From the NCBI GenBank assembly GCA_963663275.1, contig OY760183.1:3136001-3200000 (forward strand): 64,000 nt of DNA, read 5' to 3'. This DNA is from Chloroflexota bacterium. GTDB lineage: Bacteria > Chloroflexota > UBA11872 > VXOZ01. Within the stretch, counting starts at the first letter, position 1. Each line of letters starts with the position of its first letter. Below, in pieces: positions 28,127 through 37,618 of the stretch. Below the pieces are notes generated by a model, which worked only from the letters and a program-made list of their open reading frames with translations, was not told the DNA's origin and made no database searches. A program made the position numbers and the translations under genes.

Positions 28127-30093
28127 ACGCCGACACCAAACGCCGCATCGACACTGCCCGCGACATCCTGGTGGGCAAGGTGCCCGACCCCAAGAGCCAG
28201 GTGGAGCAGATCACCATCGCGCTCATCTACAAGTTCATGGACGACATCGACGCGGAAAGCGAAGAACTCGGCGGCCAGCGCAGTTTCTTTGCCGGCGAGT
28301 TCGCGCAATACGGCTGGGCCAGGCTCATGCGCTCCGGCCTGAGCGGTCACGAAGTGCTCAATCTCTATGGCGAGGCCATCACGCGCATGGCGGAGAACCC
28401 CGGCATTCCGCCGCTCTTCCGCACCATCTTCAACAACGCCTACCTGCCCTACCGCGATCCCGAGACCCTGCGCGCCTTCCTCAAGGTCGTCGACGAGTTC
28501 GTCTACGACCATTCCGAGCGGCTGGGGGACGCCTTCGAATATCTGCTCTCGGTGCTTGGTTCTCAAGGCGATGCGGGACAGTTCCGCACGCCGCGCCACA
28601 TCATCGACTTCATCGTGGCCGTCGTCGATCCCAAGAAGGACGAGACGGTCCTGGACCCGGCCTGCGGCACGGCCGGCTTCCTCATCTCGTCCTACAAGCA
28701 CATCCTGGCGGCCAACACCGGCGCGGACGGCGCCAGCGCCCTGACGCCGGATGAGAAAGCGCGGTTGGCCGCGAACTTCAAGGGCTACGACATCTCGCCC
28801 GACATGGTGCGCCTCTCGCTGGTCAACATGTATCTACACCAATTCGCCAATCCCCAGATCTTCGAGTACGACACCCTGACCAGCGACGAACGCTGGCACG
28901 AGTACGCCGACGTCATTCTGGCCAATCCGCCGTTCATGTCGCCCAAAGGCGGCATCCGGCCCCATAGCCGCTTCTCGGTGCGATCCAAGCGCAGCGAAGT
29001 CCTCTTTGTGGACTACATGGCCGAGCATCTGAGCCCCACCGGCCGCGCCGGCTTCATCGTGCCCGAGGGCATCATCTTCCAGAGCCAGAACGCCCACAAG
29101 CAACTGCGCAAAATGCTGGTGGAAGATAACCTGGTAGCCGTCGTCTCCCTCCCCGCCGGCGTCTTCAATCCGTATTCCGGCGTCAAGACCTCCATCCTCT
29201 TCCTGGATAGAACCCTCGCCACACAGACCGACCGCATCGCCTTCTTCAAGGTGGAAAACGACGGGTTCGACCTCGGGGCGCAGCGGAGACCTATAGATGA
29301 GAACGACCTGCCGGAAGTGCAGGAAGAACTATCCGAATACCTGCGCTGCCTGCGGGCAGGCGAGCACCTGGACGACCGCCGGCCCTCCAAAGGTTCAATT
29401 GTTGATAAGGTGAAGATAGCGGCGGATGAGGATTACAACCTAAGCGGAGAGCGGTACCGGCGACGTGCCGTGGGAACGCACACCCATCCATTAGCCAGGC
29501 TCGGCGATATCTGTACCATCAATCCCCGCAAGAGTCGGTTGAACGGCCTTGATCCAAACACGCGCGTCTCGTTTGTCCCCATGGCCGATCTCAATGAGTT
29601 CAGTTTGACCTTCTCTCCTGACAAGGAAAGACTGCTGTCTGAGGTTTCCTCAAGCTACACGTACTTTGAGGATAACGACGTTCTTCTCGCCAGGGTTACG
29701 CCGTGCTTTGAAAACGGCAAAGCCGGTATCGCTCGTGGCCTGACCAACGGCATTGGTTTCGGCTCCAGCGAGTTTCTCGTGTTTAGAAGTGGCGAGCGCG
29801 TCCTACCTGAGTGGATATTCTATTGCGTTACCCACGAGTCGTTTCGCAATTCCGCTACCGCGCAGATGACGGGCACGGGAGGCCTGCAACGTGTGCCGCG
29901 TGCCTATGTGGAGAACTTCCAAATCCCCCTCCCTCCGCTGGAAGTGCAAGAAGAGATCGTCGCCGAGATCGAGGGCTACCAAAAAGACATAGACGCCCAC
30001 CGTGAGCTAATCGAACGCTTCGAGCGAAAGATTCAGTCCGCCGTGGCGCGAGTATGGGGAGAGGACGTCTCCACCCAGAGAGATGCCCCGTAG
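28120..30093 (+). CDS. hsdM: Type I N6-MTase fused to a single-TRD specificity domain (HsdM-HsdS half)
   Basis: GQFRTPRHI, DPACGTAGFL, ANPPF; C-terminal ARVTPCFENGK..GSSEF..QIPLPPLEVQEEIV. Confidence 0.85.
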   Translation: MLDADTKRRIDTARDILVGKVPDPKSQVEQITIALIYKFMDDIDAESEELGGQRSFFAGEFAQYGWARLMRSGLSGHEVLNLYGEAITRMAENPGIPPLFRTIFNNAYLPYRDPETLRAFLKVVDEFVYDHSERLGDAFEYLLSVLGSQGDAGQFRTPRHIIDFIVAVVDPKKDETVLDPACGTAGFLISSYKHILAANTGADGASALTPDEKARLAANFKGYDISPDMVRLSLVNMYLHQFANPQIFEYDTLTSDERWHEYADVILANPPFMSPKGGIRPHSRFSVRSKRSEVLFVDYMAEHLSPTGRAGFIVPEGIIFQSQNAHKQLRKMLVEDNLVAVVSLPAGVFNPYSGVKTSILFLDRTLATQTDRIAFFKVENDGFDLGAQRRPIDENDLPEVQEELSEYLRCLRAGEHLDDRRPSKGSIVDKVKIAADEDYNLSGERYRRRAVGTHTHPLARLGDICTINPRKSRLNGLDPNTRVSFVPMADLNEFSLTFSPDKERLLSEVSSSYTYFEDNDVLLARVTPCFENGKAGIARGLTNGIGFGSSEFLVFRSGERVLPEWIFYCVTHESFRNSATAQMTGTGGLQRVPRAYVENFQIPLPPLEVQEEIVAEIEGYQKDIDAHRELIERFERKIQSAVARVWGEDVSTQRDAP

Positions 30094-30384
30094 GGCCGCC
30101 AGTTTGCGCCTGTTATTCCCCACATACCCCTTGCGCGAAACGCTATATCTGGTACACTGGTGAGGTATGCACCACACTCTGTGGTGTTTGTCTGCCAGTC
30201 CCGTCCTGTTCAGTTTCTCTCGCTTCAACCGCATACCGGCCATGCTGTGCATTGTAGATTCCCGCTGCTTTAGTGCGCCAATGGGAGCGGGGAGCTTGTG
30301 CGACAGGCCTGGCAAATACCCAGTGGGGTCTCTCCCCCAGTAGCAGTGGCGGCATCCGCCACATCCAAGTAAGGAGAATAGAAC

Positions 30385-31467
30385 GTGATTCTCGTTTTCG
30401 CCGGCGCCGGCGCCTCGGCCGCGATCGACCCTGAACAATATCCAACTACAATCGAATTCTTCGAGCGAATCCCGGGTGACATCAAGAGTAACACTTGGTT
30501 TGTACACGCCTCTCAATTCCTGAGCAGCCGGCATGACGGTTTGCCTTTGGACATTGAAAAGATACTTGGCGCCTTGAGTGAGATGCGAGACTATTGCTTG
30601 CAGTCTTACCAAAACAGCAAGTTTTCTGGATGGATGCTGGCGGAGGGTCGCCTCTTGGACCTAGCAAATTCTCGCACAGTTTTTCGGACATTGACCAACT
30701 CTTCTCTAGGAGAATTCGTGCGTGAGATGGAAAATGAGCGTGCTCTGATCGAGGAATTGCAGGGCGACATACATTCTCTTGTATATCAATACTATGAGCC
30801 GGTGCCTCCCCCCGAAGCATTGGCGACTTGGATGACCCTAATCGAAACTCTCTTGCATCACAATCGTAGCCTGGAGATCTTCACGACGAACTATGACCGT
30901 GTGCTAGAAGAGGTTATCCTTGAAAGCAACCACACGTACCTCACTGTGCCTGATGCCGAGGAGTCGGCAACCGGCAAACGGTACGACCGCAGGCATCCGT
31001 GGCTGGACCTCTCGTGCTGGGATCCTCGGCGAGAGTCCCGGGACGCCCTTCGAGTGCGCCTAACCAAACTTCACGGCTCAGTCGAATGGCAACGCCATAC
31101 CAGCGGCAAGATAGTCATCAGCAACCCCGTCTACACAAGAAGCGACCAAAACCACATTCTCTTGTATCCCGGGCACAAAGGAGAGCCCAACAGGGAACCC
31201 TTCATCACCTTTCACAATCACCTCCGGTCGATCGTACTGCAGGCGGAGGCCGCCATCTTCATTGGCTATGCCTTTCGGGACGAGCATATCAATGGAATAC
31301 TCGCCAATCTTCCTCCCGATATCCCAATGTATCTCATCAACAAGGGGGAACGGCCAAGTCTCCCAGCATTCCTGGACGACGCGATCTACTTCGATAGTGG
31401 ATTTACAGACCAGTCCGTCGCAGAGTGCATAGACAGCCTGAGGAGTCTCAATCTCATCTCTGAATGA
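30385..31467 (+). CDS. SIR2-like (SIR2_2) domain protein
   Basis: VFAGAGAS, FTTNYD, KLHGS, FIGYAFRDEHIN. Confidence 0.8.
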   Translation: MILVFAGAGASAAIDPEQYPTTIEFFERIPGDIKSNTWFVHASQFLSSRHDGLPLDIEKILGALSEMRDYCLQSYQNSKFSGWMLAEGRLLDLANSRTVFRTLTNSSLGEFVREMENERALIEELQGDIHSLVYQYYEPVPPPEALATWMTLIETLLHHNRSLEIFTTNYDRVLEEVILESNHTYLTVPDAEESATGKRYDRRHPWLDLSCWDPRRESRDALRVRLTKLHGSVEWQRHTSGKIVISNPVYTRSDQNHILLYPGHKGEPNREPFITFHNHLRSIVLQAEAAIFIGYAFRDEHINGILANLPPDIPMYLINKGERPSLPAFLDDAIYFDSGFTDQSVAECIDSLRSLNLISE

Positions 31468-31548
31468 TCTTGTGTTGAGATAGCGCAGCGCGATGGCGCC
31501 TGCCTGCGCTGCGCCTACCCGCATCTTCAGCTACGCGAGCGGGCGCTG

Positions 31549-31965
31549 CTACTCTGCATTCCGCGCCTCCTGTTCCTCGGTCGGCCAGTGGCCGGGGACG
31601 GGGTAGGCTTCCTGTTCGCCCGGCCAGGGGGGCATGGTGACGATGATGAAGCGCAGGGGGCGCTTGCCGGTGTTCCGAAACTGAAAGCGCGCGCCCACCG
31701 GGATGGAGAAGCTGACGCCCGGGGCCATGTCCACAATGCGCTGCGCGCCGTCCAGCCGCCGCCAGACCTGGCCCGTGCCCTCCAGGCAGTACCAGACCTC
31801 CTCCACCGTGCGGTGCGCCACTGCCACGGACACCTGGCCGGGCGGCAGCGTGCAGTGCACCATGCTGCCGCGTCCCGTCTGCGCCAGCAGGCGGATCTCC
31901 GACCCATCCGGCGCCAGGACGTCGTAATCCGCCGCCAGGTGTTTGCGGTCCAGGTCTTCGTTCAT
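31549..31965 (-). CDS. Cupin-domain protein
   Basis: APDGSEIRLL, HRTVEEVWY, IPVGARFQFRN, TMPPWPG; GAGGAG RBS. Confidence 0.8.
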   Translation of the reverse strand: MNEDLDRKHLAADYDVLAPDGSEIRLLAQTGRGSMVHCTLPPGQVSVAVAHRTVEEVWYCLEGTGQVWRRLDGAQRIVDMAPGVSFSIPVGARFQFRNTGKRPLRFIIVTMPPWPGEQEAYPVPGHWPTEEQEARNAE

Positions 31966-32113
31966 GCCGGTAAACTCCTCTCCCAAATACGGGCTTTCGT
32001 GGCGCGATGCGTCCTGTACTATACTATCCGCAATGATAGCAATCCCCGCGCGCGCGCCGGTGTGACGTGGAGCGAAGCCGGCTGGCGCTCCGGGTACGGA
32101 CGGATTCAGGGTG

Positions 32114-35100
32114 ATGCCTGGCGCAACGAACGGTCTCTTGTCCCGCTGCCTGAGCGTGGACCTGGAAGTGAGCGCGGCGGAAGACCGCATCTTCGCGTTG
32201 GCCGGCGTGCGCCCGGATACCGGCAGGTCTGTGGTCTTCCCGGAGCGAGGCCGGAGCCTGACCGCCGCGTTGTCACGACTGGACAATCTCACCGGGGGCG
32301 CGGACTTTCTGCTGGGCCACAACCTGATTGCCTTCGATTTGCCCAGGCTGCGCGCCGCCAATCCCAGCCTGCGGCTGCTGCGGTTGCCGGCCGTGGATAC
32401 GCTGCGGCTGAACCCCCTCGCCTTCCCGCGCAATCCGTATCACCACCTGGTCAAGCATTACCAGGATGGGCAACTCAAACGCGGGCGCGTCAACGACCCG
32501 GAACTGGACGCGCGGCTGACGCTGGAGGTCTTCGCCAACCAGCAAAAGGCCTTGCGCGCGGCGCCGCCCGACTTGCTGACCGCCTGGCATTGGCTGACCA
32601 CGGTGGAAGACGGCGCGGGCTTCGACCGGGTGTTCGCGGCGCTCCGGCGCGCGGGCAGGCCGTCCGACGCCGAGGCGCGGGCGGCCATGCGCGCACGCGC
32701 GGCCGGCGCCGCCTGCCAAACCCACGCCAATGAGGCCATACGCGCCGCGGCCCGCCACGGCTGGGCGCTGGCCTACGCGCTGGCATGGCTCTCGGTCGCC
32801 GGGGGCAACTCGGTCATGCCACCCTGGGTGCGGCACCAGTTTCCTGAAGCGGGGCGCTTGGTACGCCGACTACGTAACACCGCATGTGCGGATCCTGCCT
32901 GCAACTGGTGCCGGGAGCGGCACGATGCCCGCCAGGAACTTAGCCGCTGGTTTGGCTTCAGCGATTTCCGCCCGCAGCCGGCGGACGAGCGCGGCCGCTC
33001 CAGGCAACAGGCCATCATCGAGGCGGCAATGGCCGGCGAGCACGCGCTGGGGATCCTCCCCACCGGCGCCGGCAAATCGCTGTGCTACCAGGCGCCGGCG
33101 CTCTCGCGCTACGACAAGACCGGCGCGTTGACGGTCGTCATTTCTCCGCTCGTCGCGCTCATGGCGGACCAGGTGGCGGGGCTGGAGGCCAAGGGCATTG
33201 GCTCCTGCGTCACTATCAACGGTCTCTTGTCCATGCCTGAACGCTCCGATGCGCTCGACCGGGTGCGGCTGGGAGACGCCGGCATCCTCCTCATCTCGCC
33301 TGAGCAACTGCGCAGCGTCACCGTGCGCCGTGTCCTGGGTCAGCGCGAGATCGGCGCTTGGGTGCTGGACGAGGCGCACTGCCTCTCCAAGTGGGGGCAC
33401 GACTTCCGGCCCGATTACCGGTACGTCGGGCGCTTCATCCGCAAGCGGGCCGGGGAGGAGCCGGTTCCGCCGGTGTTGTGCCTGACCGCGACCGCCAAGC
33501 CCGACGTGAAAGCGGAACTCGTGGGCTACTTTCAGCAAGAACTCGGTATCGACTTGAAGGTCTTCGACGGCGGCGCGCGGCGCGCCAACCTGGAATTCGT
33601 GGTGGCGCAAACCAGCGGCGGCGCGAAGTTCAATGACATTCACCAGATTCTCACGGCCGATCTACCCGCAGACGGGCAGGGCGGCGCCATCGTCTACTGC
33701 GCGACGCGGCGGCAGGCGGAAGAAATCGCGGAATACTTGGATGCAAAAGGGATGGAGGCCGATTTCTTCCACGCGGGATTGCCGCCGGAGACTAAGAAGA
33801 ACGTCCAGCAACGCTTCATCTCCGGCGCGCTGCGGGTCATCGTCGCCACCAACGCCTTCGGCATGGGCATAGACAAGCCGGACGTGCGCCTGGTGATTCA
33901 CGCCGACATCCCCGGCTCTCTGGAGAACTATCTGCAGGAAGCGGGCCGCGCGGGACGTGACCAGCAAGGGGCGCGCTGCGTGCTGCTCTATACGATGGAA
34001 GACGTGGAGCGACAGTTTGGCATGTCGGCCCGCTCGCGGCTCACGCGGCGGGAAATCCACGGCGTGCTGCGCGCGCTGCGCAACCTGGACCGCAAGGGGC
34101 GCTTGGAAGGGCAGGTGGTAGCCACCTCCGGTGAAATCCTGGGCGAGGACGATGAGAAGGTCTTCAGGCGGGATTCCGCCACCGACGATACCCGCACGCG
34201 CACCGCGGTAGCCTGGCTGGAAGAGGCGGAACTCCTGAACCGAGAGGAAAACCGCGTCCAGGTGTTTCCCTCTTCCCTGCGGGTGCGCTCGTTGGAAGAG
34301 GCGCGCGCCAAGCTGCAAAAGGCCCGCATCACGGCTGGCTACCGCCAAAAACTGCTGAACGTCGCCGCGGAGTTGATCGAGGCGGACGCCGACGAGGGCA
34401 TCTCCACCGACGAACTCATGGCGGCATCGGGCCTGAACGCGGAGGGCGTGCGCGCCGCCCTCTACGACCTGGAACGGCTGGGTATCGCCAGCAACGACAC
34501 GGTGTTAACCGCCTTCGTGCATACCGGCGTGCAACGAGGTTCCCGGCAACGTTTCGAGCAGGCGGCAAACCTGGAAACGGCCTTGATCGATCTCTTGCGC
34601 GAATCGGCCCCGGATACGGAAAAGGGCGAGACGTGGCCGCTGCACCTGCGCGTGGCGACCCAACGGCTGAAGGACGAAGGCCACGCCTACGCGCTGCCGG
34701 AATTCGTGCGGCGGATCGTGCGCAGTATTGCCGCCGACGGGCGGAGCGAGGGCGGCGGCGGGGGCAGCCTCGGCGTGCGCGGACGGGACAGTGAAACCCT
34801 GTACGTGACGTTGCAGCGCGACTGGAAGATGCTGGAGAGAATCGCCGAGTTGCGCCGCGCGGCCGCCGGCCGCTTGCTGGACCATCTGCTCGCCACCCTG
34901 CCGCCAGGAACCCGCGGCACGGACCTCTTGGCCGAGACGACGTTAGGCAAGCTACTGGAGGCTGTCAGTTCCGACATGACCCTCATGAGCGAAATCAAGG
35001 ACCCCGGCAAGCTGACGGATCGTGCCTTGCTCTGGCTGCACGAGCAAGAGGTGATCCAGCTCAATCGGGGACTAACCGTGTTTCGTCCCGCCATGACCAT

Positions 35101-37222
35101 CAGTCTAAGACCGGAGCGGCGCGGTTTCGCCCAGGCCGACTTCGGGGCGCTCAAGCTGCATTACGACGAACAGGTCTTGCAGATACACGTGATGGCGGAA
35201 TACGTGCAACAGGGCCTGCAAGCGATGGCGGACGCCTTGCGCTTGGCCGTGGACTACTTCAGCCTACGCCGGGAGGAGTTTCTGCGCCGCTGGTTGCCGG
35301 ATCGCGACCGCGAGCTTTCCCGCCAGACCACGCCGGAATCGTGGCAGACAATCGTTGAAAGCTTGCATAACCCCATCCAAAGACGAATCGTCGCCGACGA
35401 CCGGGAACAAACGAACGTCCTGGTGCTGGCCGGTCCCGGCTCCGGCAAGACGCGGGTGCTGGTGCACCGCATCGCCTATCTGGTGCGCGCGAGGCGCGAG
35501 GACCCGCGCGGCATCCTGGCGCTGGCCTATAACCGGCACGCCGCGGTTGAGATTCGCCGCCGCCTGGGGGAACTCATCGGCGACGACGCCCGCGGCGTCA
35601 TCGTGCTTACCTGCCACGCGCTCGCCATGCGGCTGGTAGGCGCGAGTTTCACCGGACGCGCGAACAGCCTGCGCGAAGGCGAATTTCAAGAAATCCTGCA
35701 CCAAGCGGTGGCTCTGCTGCGCGGCGAGGGGCTGCCGCCGGACGAAGCAGACGAGTACCGCGCGCGGCTGCTGGCGGGTTTTCGTTGGATATTGGTGGAC
35801 GAGTACCAGGACATCGGCCCGGACCAGTACGCGCTGATTTCCGCCCTGGCCGGCAGGACGCTTGCCGAGGAAGACGACAAGCTCAGCCTCTTTGCGGTGG
35901 GTGACGACGATCAGAACATCTACGCCTTCAACGGCTCGTCAGTCGAGTTCATCCGTCGCTTCGAAGAGGACTACACGGCACGGCCCGTGTTCCTTACGGA
36001 CAACTATCGCTCCACCGCCAACATCATCGCGGCCGCCAATGCGGTTATCGAACCGGCCCGGCAGCGGATGAAGACCGGGCATCCAATCCACGTAGACCGC
36101 GCACGCGAAAAAGAACCGCCCGGCGGCGCGTGGGCCGGATTGGACCCCGTGACGCGCGGCCGCGTCCAGATATTGCCGGTTGGCGGCACGCCTATCGCCC
36201 AGGCGCAGGCGGTTGTGGCTGAACTGAAGCGGCTCTCCGGCCTCACCCGCGACTGGGACTGGTCTACCTGCGCGGTAATCGCCCGCGCGTGGCGTTACCT
36301 GGATCCGGTGCGCAGCCTGTGCGAACTGGATGGCATTCCGGTGCAGATGGCAAATGAAGAGTTCACCGGTGTCTGGCATCTGCGGGAAACCCAAGCGCTC
36401 GTTGCATGGCTGCGGGGGCGCGATTCCCGCTTGGTGACGAGCGCCGCTCTAGCCGACCGGCTGGCGGAGCAACCCGCAAGCGACTGGACCGAACTATTGC
36501 GGCAAGCGGTGGAGGAATACGCTTTGGAAACCGGCGGCGCCGAGACGCCGGTAGACCACTGCATCGAATGGCTGGCCGAGTGGGCGCGGGAGGCGCGCCG
36601 CCGCCAGCGAGGGCTGTTGCTGCTGACCGCCCATCGCGCCAAGGGCCTGGAATTCGCGCACGTGGTCGTGCTGGACGGCGGCTGGGAGCGCGTTAGCCGG
36701 GGCGAGGATGCGGACGCCCCGCGCCGCCTCTACTACGTGGCCATGACCCGCGCCCGGCAGACACTCGCCCTCGCCTGCCTCCCCGGGCCACACCCCTTCC
36801 AAGACTCCTTGTCTAACCTTCCATCCGTGCAGTATCGCAGGCCGCTCGTCGACTTCCCACCGGCCAGGCCGGAATTGGCGCGCAGCTACCGGCGGCTCAG
36901 CCTGCGCGACATCTTTCTCAGCTTTGCCGGGTACAGGCGTCCTGAAGATCCGGTCCATCGTGCCATTGCCGCGCTCTCGCCCGGAGACACGTTGGGTGTG
37001 CGCGAAAGCACGAACCGCTGGCAACTTCTCGATGGCAATGGAACGGTCGTAGGCCAGCTTGCAAGCAGTTTCGCGCCACCCAATGGCATGCGTTGCGCAT
37101 ATGCTACGGTGCTGGCAATTGTCTCGTGGGAGAAAGAGAAATCCGAGCCGGATTACCAAGACAATCTGCGCTGCGAGAAATGGGAAGTTGTAGTACCTGA
37201 GTTGGTATTCGAGCCGGAGTAG
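32114..37222 (+). CDS. Fusion of DnaQ-like exonuclease, RecQ (SF2) helicase and UvrD (SF1) helicase
   Basis: VDLEV..GHNLIAFD..VDTL; PTGAGKS, DEAH, QEAGRAGRD; AGPGSGKT, DEYQD, GDDDQNIY, NYRS, HRAKGLEF, YVAMTRA. Confidence 0.85.
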   Translation: MPGATNGLLSRCLSVDLEVSAAEDRIFALAGVRPDTGRSVVFPERGRSLTAALSRLDNLTGGADFLLGHNLIAFDLPRLRAANPSLRLLRLPAVDTLRLNPLAFPRNPYHHLVKHYQDGQLKRGRVNDPELDARLTLEVFANQQKALRAAPPDLLTAWHWLTTVEDGAGFDRVFAALRRAGRPSDAEARAAMRARAAGAACQTHANEAIRAAARHGWALAYALAWLSVAGGNSVMPPWVRHQFPEAGRLVRRLRNTACADPACNWCRERHDARQELSRWFGFSDFRPQPADERGRSRQQAIIEAAMAGEHALGILPTGAGKSLCYQAPALSRYDKTGALTVVISPLVALMADQVAGLEAKGIGSCVTINGLLSMPERSDALDRVRLGDAGILLISPEQLRSVTVRRVLGQREIGAWVLDEAHCLSKWGHDFRPDYRYVGRFIRKRAGEEPVPPVLCLTATAKPDVKAELVGYFQQELGIDLKVFDGGARRANLEFVVAQTSGGAKFNDIHQILTADLPADGQGGAIVYCATRRQAEEIAEYLDAKGMEADFFHAGLPPETKKNVQQRFISGALRVIVATNAFGMGIDKPDVRLVIHADIPGSLENYLQEAGRAGRDQQGARCVLLYTMEDVERQFGMSARSRLTRREIHGVLRALRNLDRKGRLEGQVVATSGEILGEDDEKVFRRDSATDDTRTRTAVAWLEEAELLNREENRVQVFPSSLRVRSLEEARAKLQKARITAGYRQKLLNVAAELIEADADEGISTDELMAASGLNAEGVRAALYDLERLGIASNDTVLTAFVHTGVQRGSRQRFEQAANLETALIDLLRESAPDTEKGETWPLHLRVATQRLKDEGHAYALPEFVRRIVRSIAADGRSEGGGGGSLGVRGRDSETLYVTLQRDWKMLERIAELRRAAAGRLLDHLLATLPPGTRGTDLLAETTLGKLLEAVSSDMTLMSEIKDPGKLTDRALLWLHEQEVIQLNRGLTVFRPAMTISLRPERRGFAQADFGALKLHYDEQVLQIHVMAEYVQQGLQAMADALRLAVDYFSLRREEFLRRWLPDRDRELSRQTTPESWQTIVESLHNPIQRRIVADDREQTNVLVLAGPGSGKTRVLVHRIAYLVRARREDPRGILALAYNRHAAVEIRRRLGELIGDDARGVIVLTCHALAMRLVGASFTGRANSLREGEFQEILHQAVALLRGEGLPPDEADEYRARLLAGFRWILVDEYQDIGPDQYALISALAGRTLAEEDDKLSLFAVGDDDQNIYAFNGSSVEFIRRFEEDYTARPVFLTDNYRSTANIIAAANAVIEPARQRMKTGHPIHVDRAREKEPPGGAWAGLDPVTRGRVQILPVGGTPIAQAQAVVAELKRLSGLTRDWDWSTCAVIARAWRYLDPVRSLCELDGIPVQMANEEFTGVWHLRETQALVAWLRGRDSRLVTSAALADRLAEQPASDWTELLRQAVEEYALETGGAETPVDHCIEWLAEWAREARRRQRGLLLLTAHRAKGLEFAHVVVLDGGWERVSRGEDADAPRRLYYVAMTRARQTLALACLPGPHPFQDSLSNLPSVQYRRPLVDFPPARPELARSYRRLSLRDIFLSFAGYRRPEDPVHRAIAALSPGDTLGVRESTNRWQLLDGNGTVVGQLASSFAPPNGMRCAYATVLAIVSWEKEKSEPDYQDNLRCEKWEVVVPELVFEPE

Positions 37223-37360
37223 GCACTCGCTGGGTTGTGTTAACTTTCCAAGAATCAGTCCATGATTACTGTGGGAATAGCACGACGGACTCCATCATTT
37301 GTATTTTGAAGAAAGCGTACAAATGAGTGAATCCGAAAGGTAACGCGAGAGCGCGCCGTC

Positions 37361-37457
37361 CGTCATTCCCGCGCAAGCGGGAATCCATCCGTATTCTATC
37401 TCGCTGCACACAACACCAGGAGCGGGGGACAAGCCCCCGCGCTACGCTCGGAATGAG
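37361..37457. repeat. REP-like hairpins of two families
   Basis: CGTCATTCCCGCGCAAGCGGGAATCCA and GCGGGGGACAAGCCCCCGCGCTACG. Confidence 0.75.
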
Positions 37458-37618
37458 ACGCACTATCAACACTACCTAACAACCAAAGAGCCAGACACAA
37501 TCTACGCCGCCCGCGTCATGACAACCGTCGCTATCGAACATCCCTACACCATCGGCCTGATTGCGTCTTGCAGTATACTATCGGCACAGGAGGCTTAGAT
37601 GTCCTTGGTGAGGCCGCT

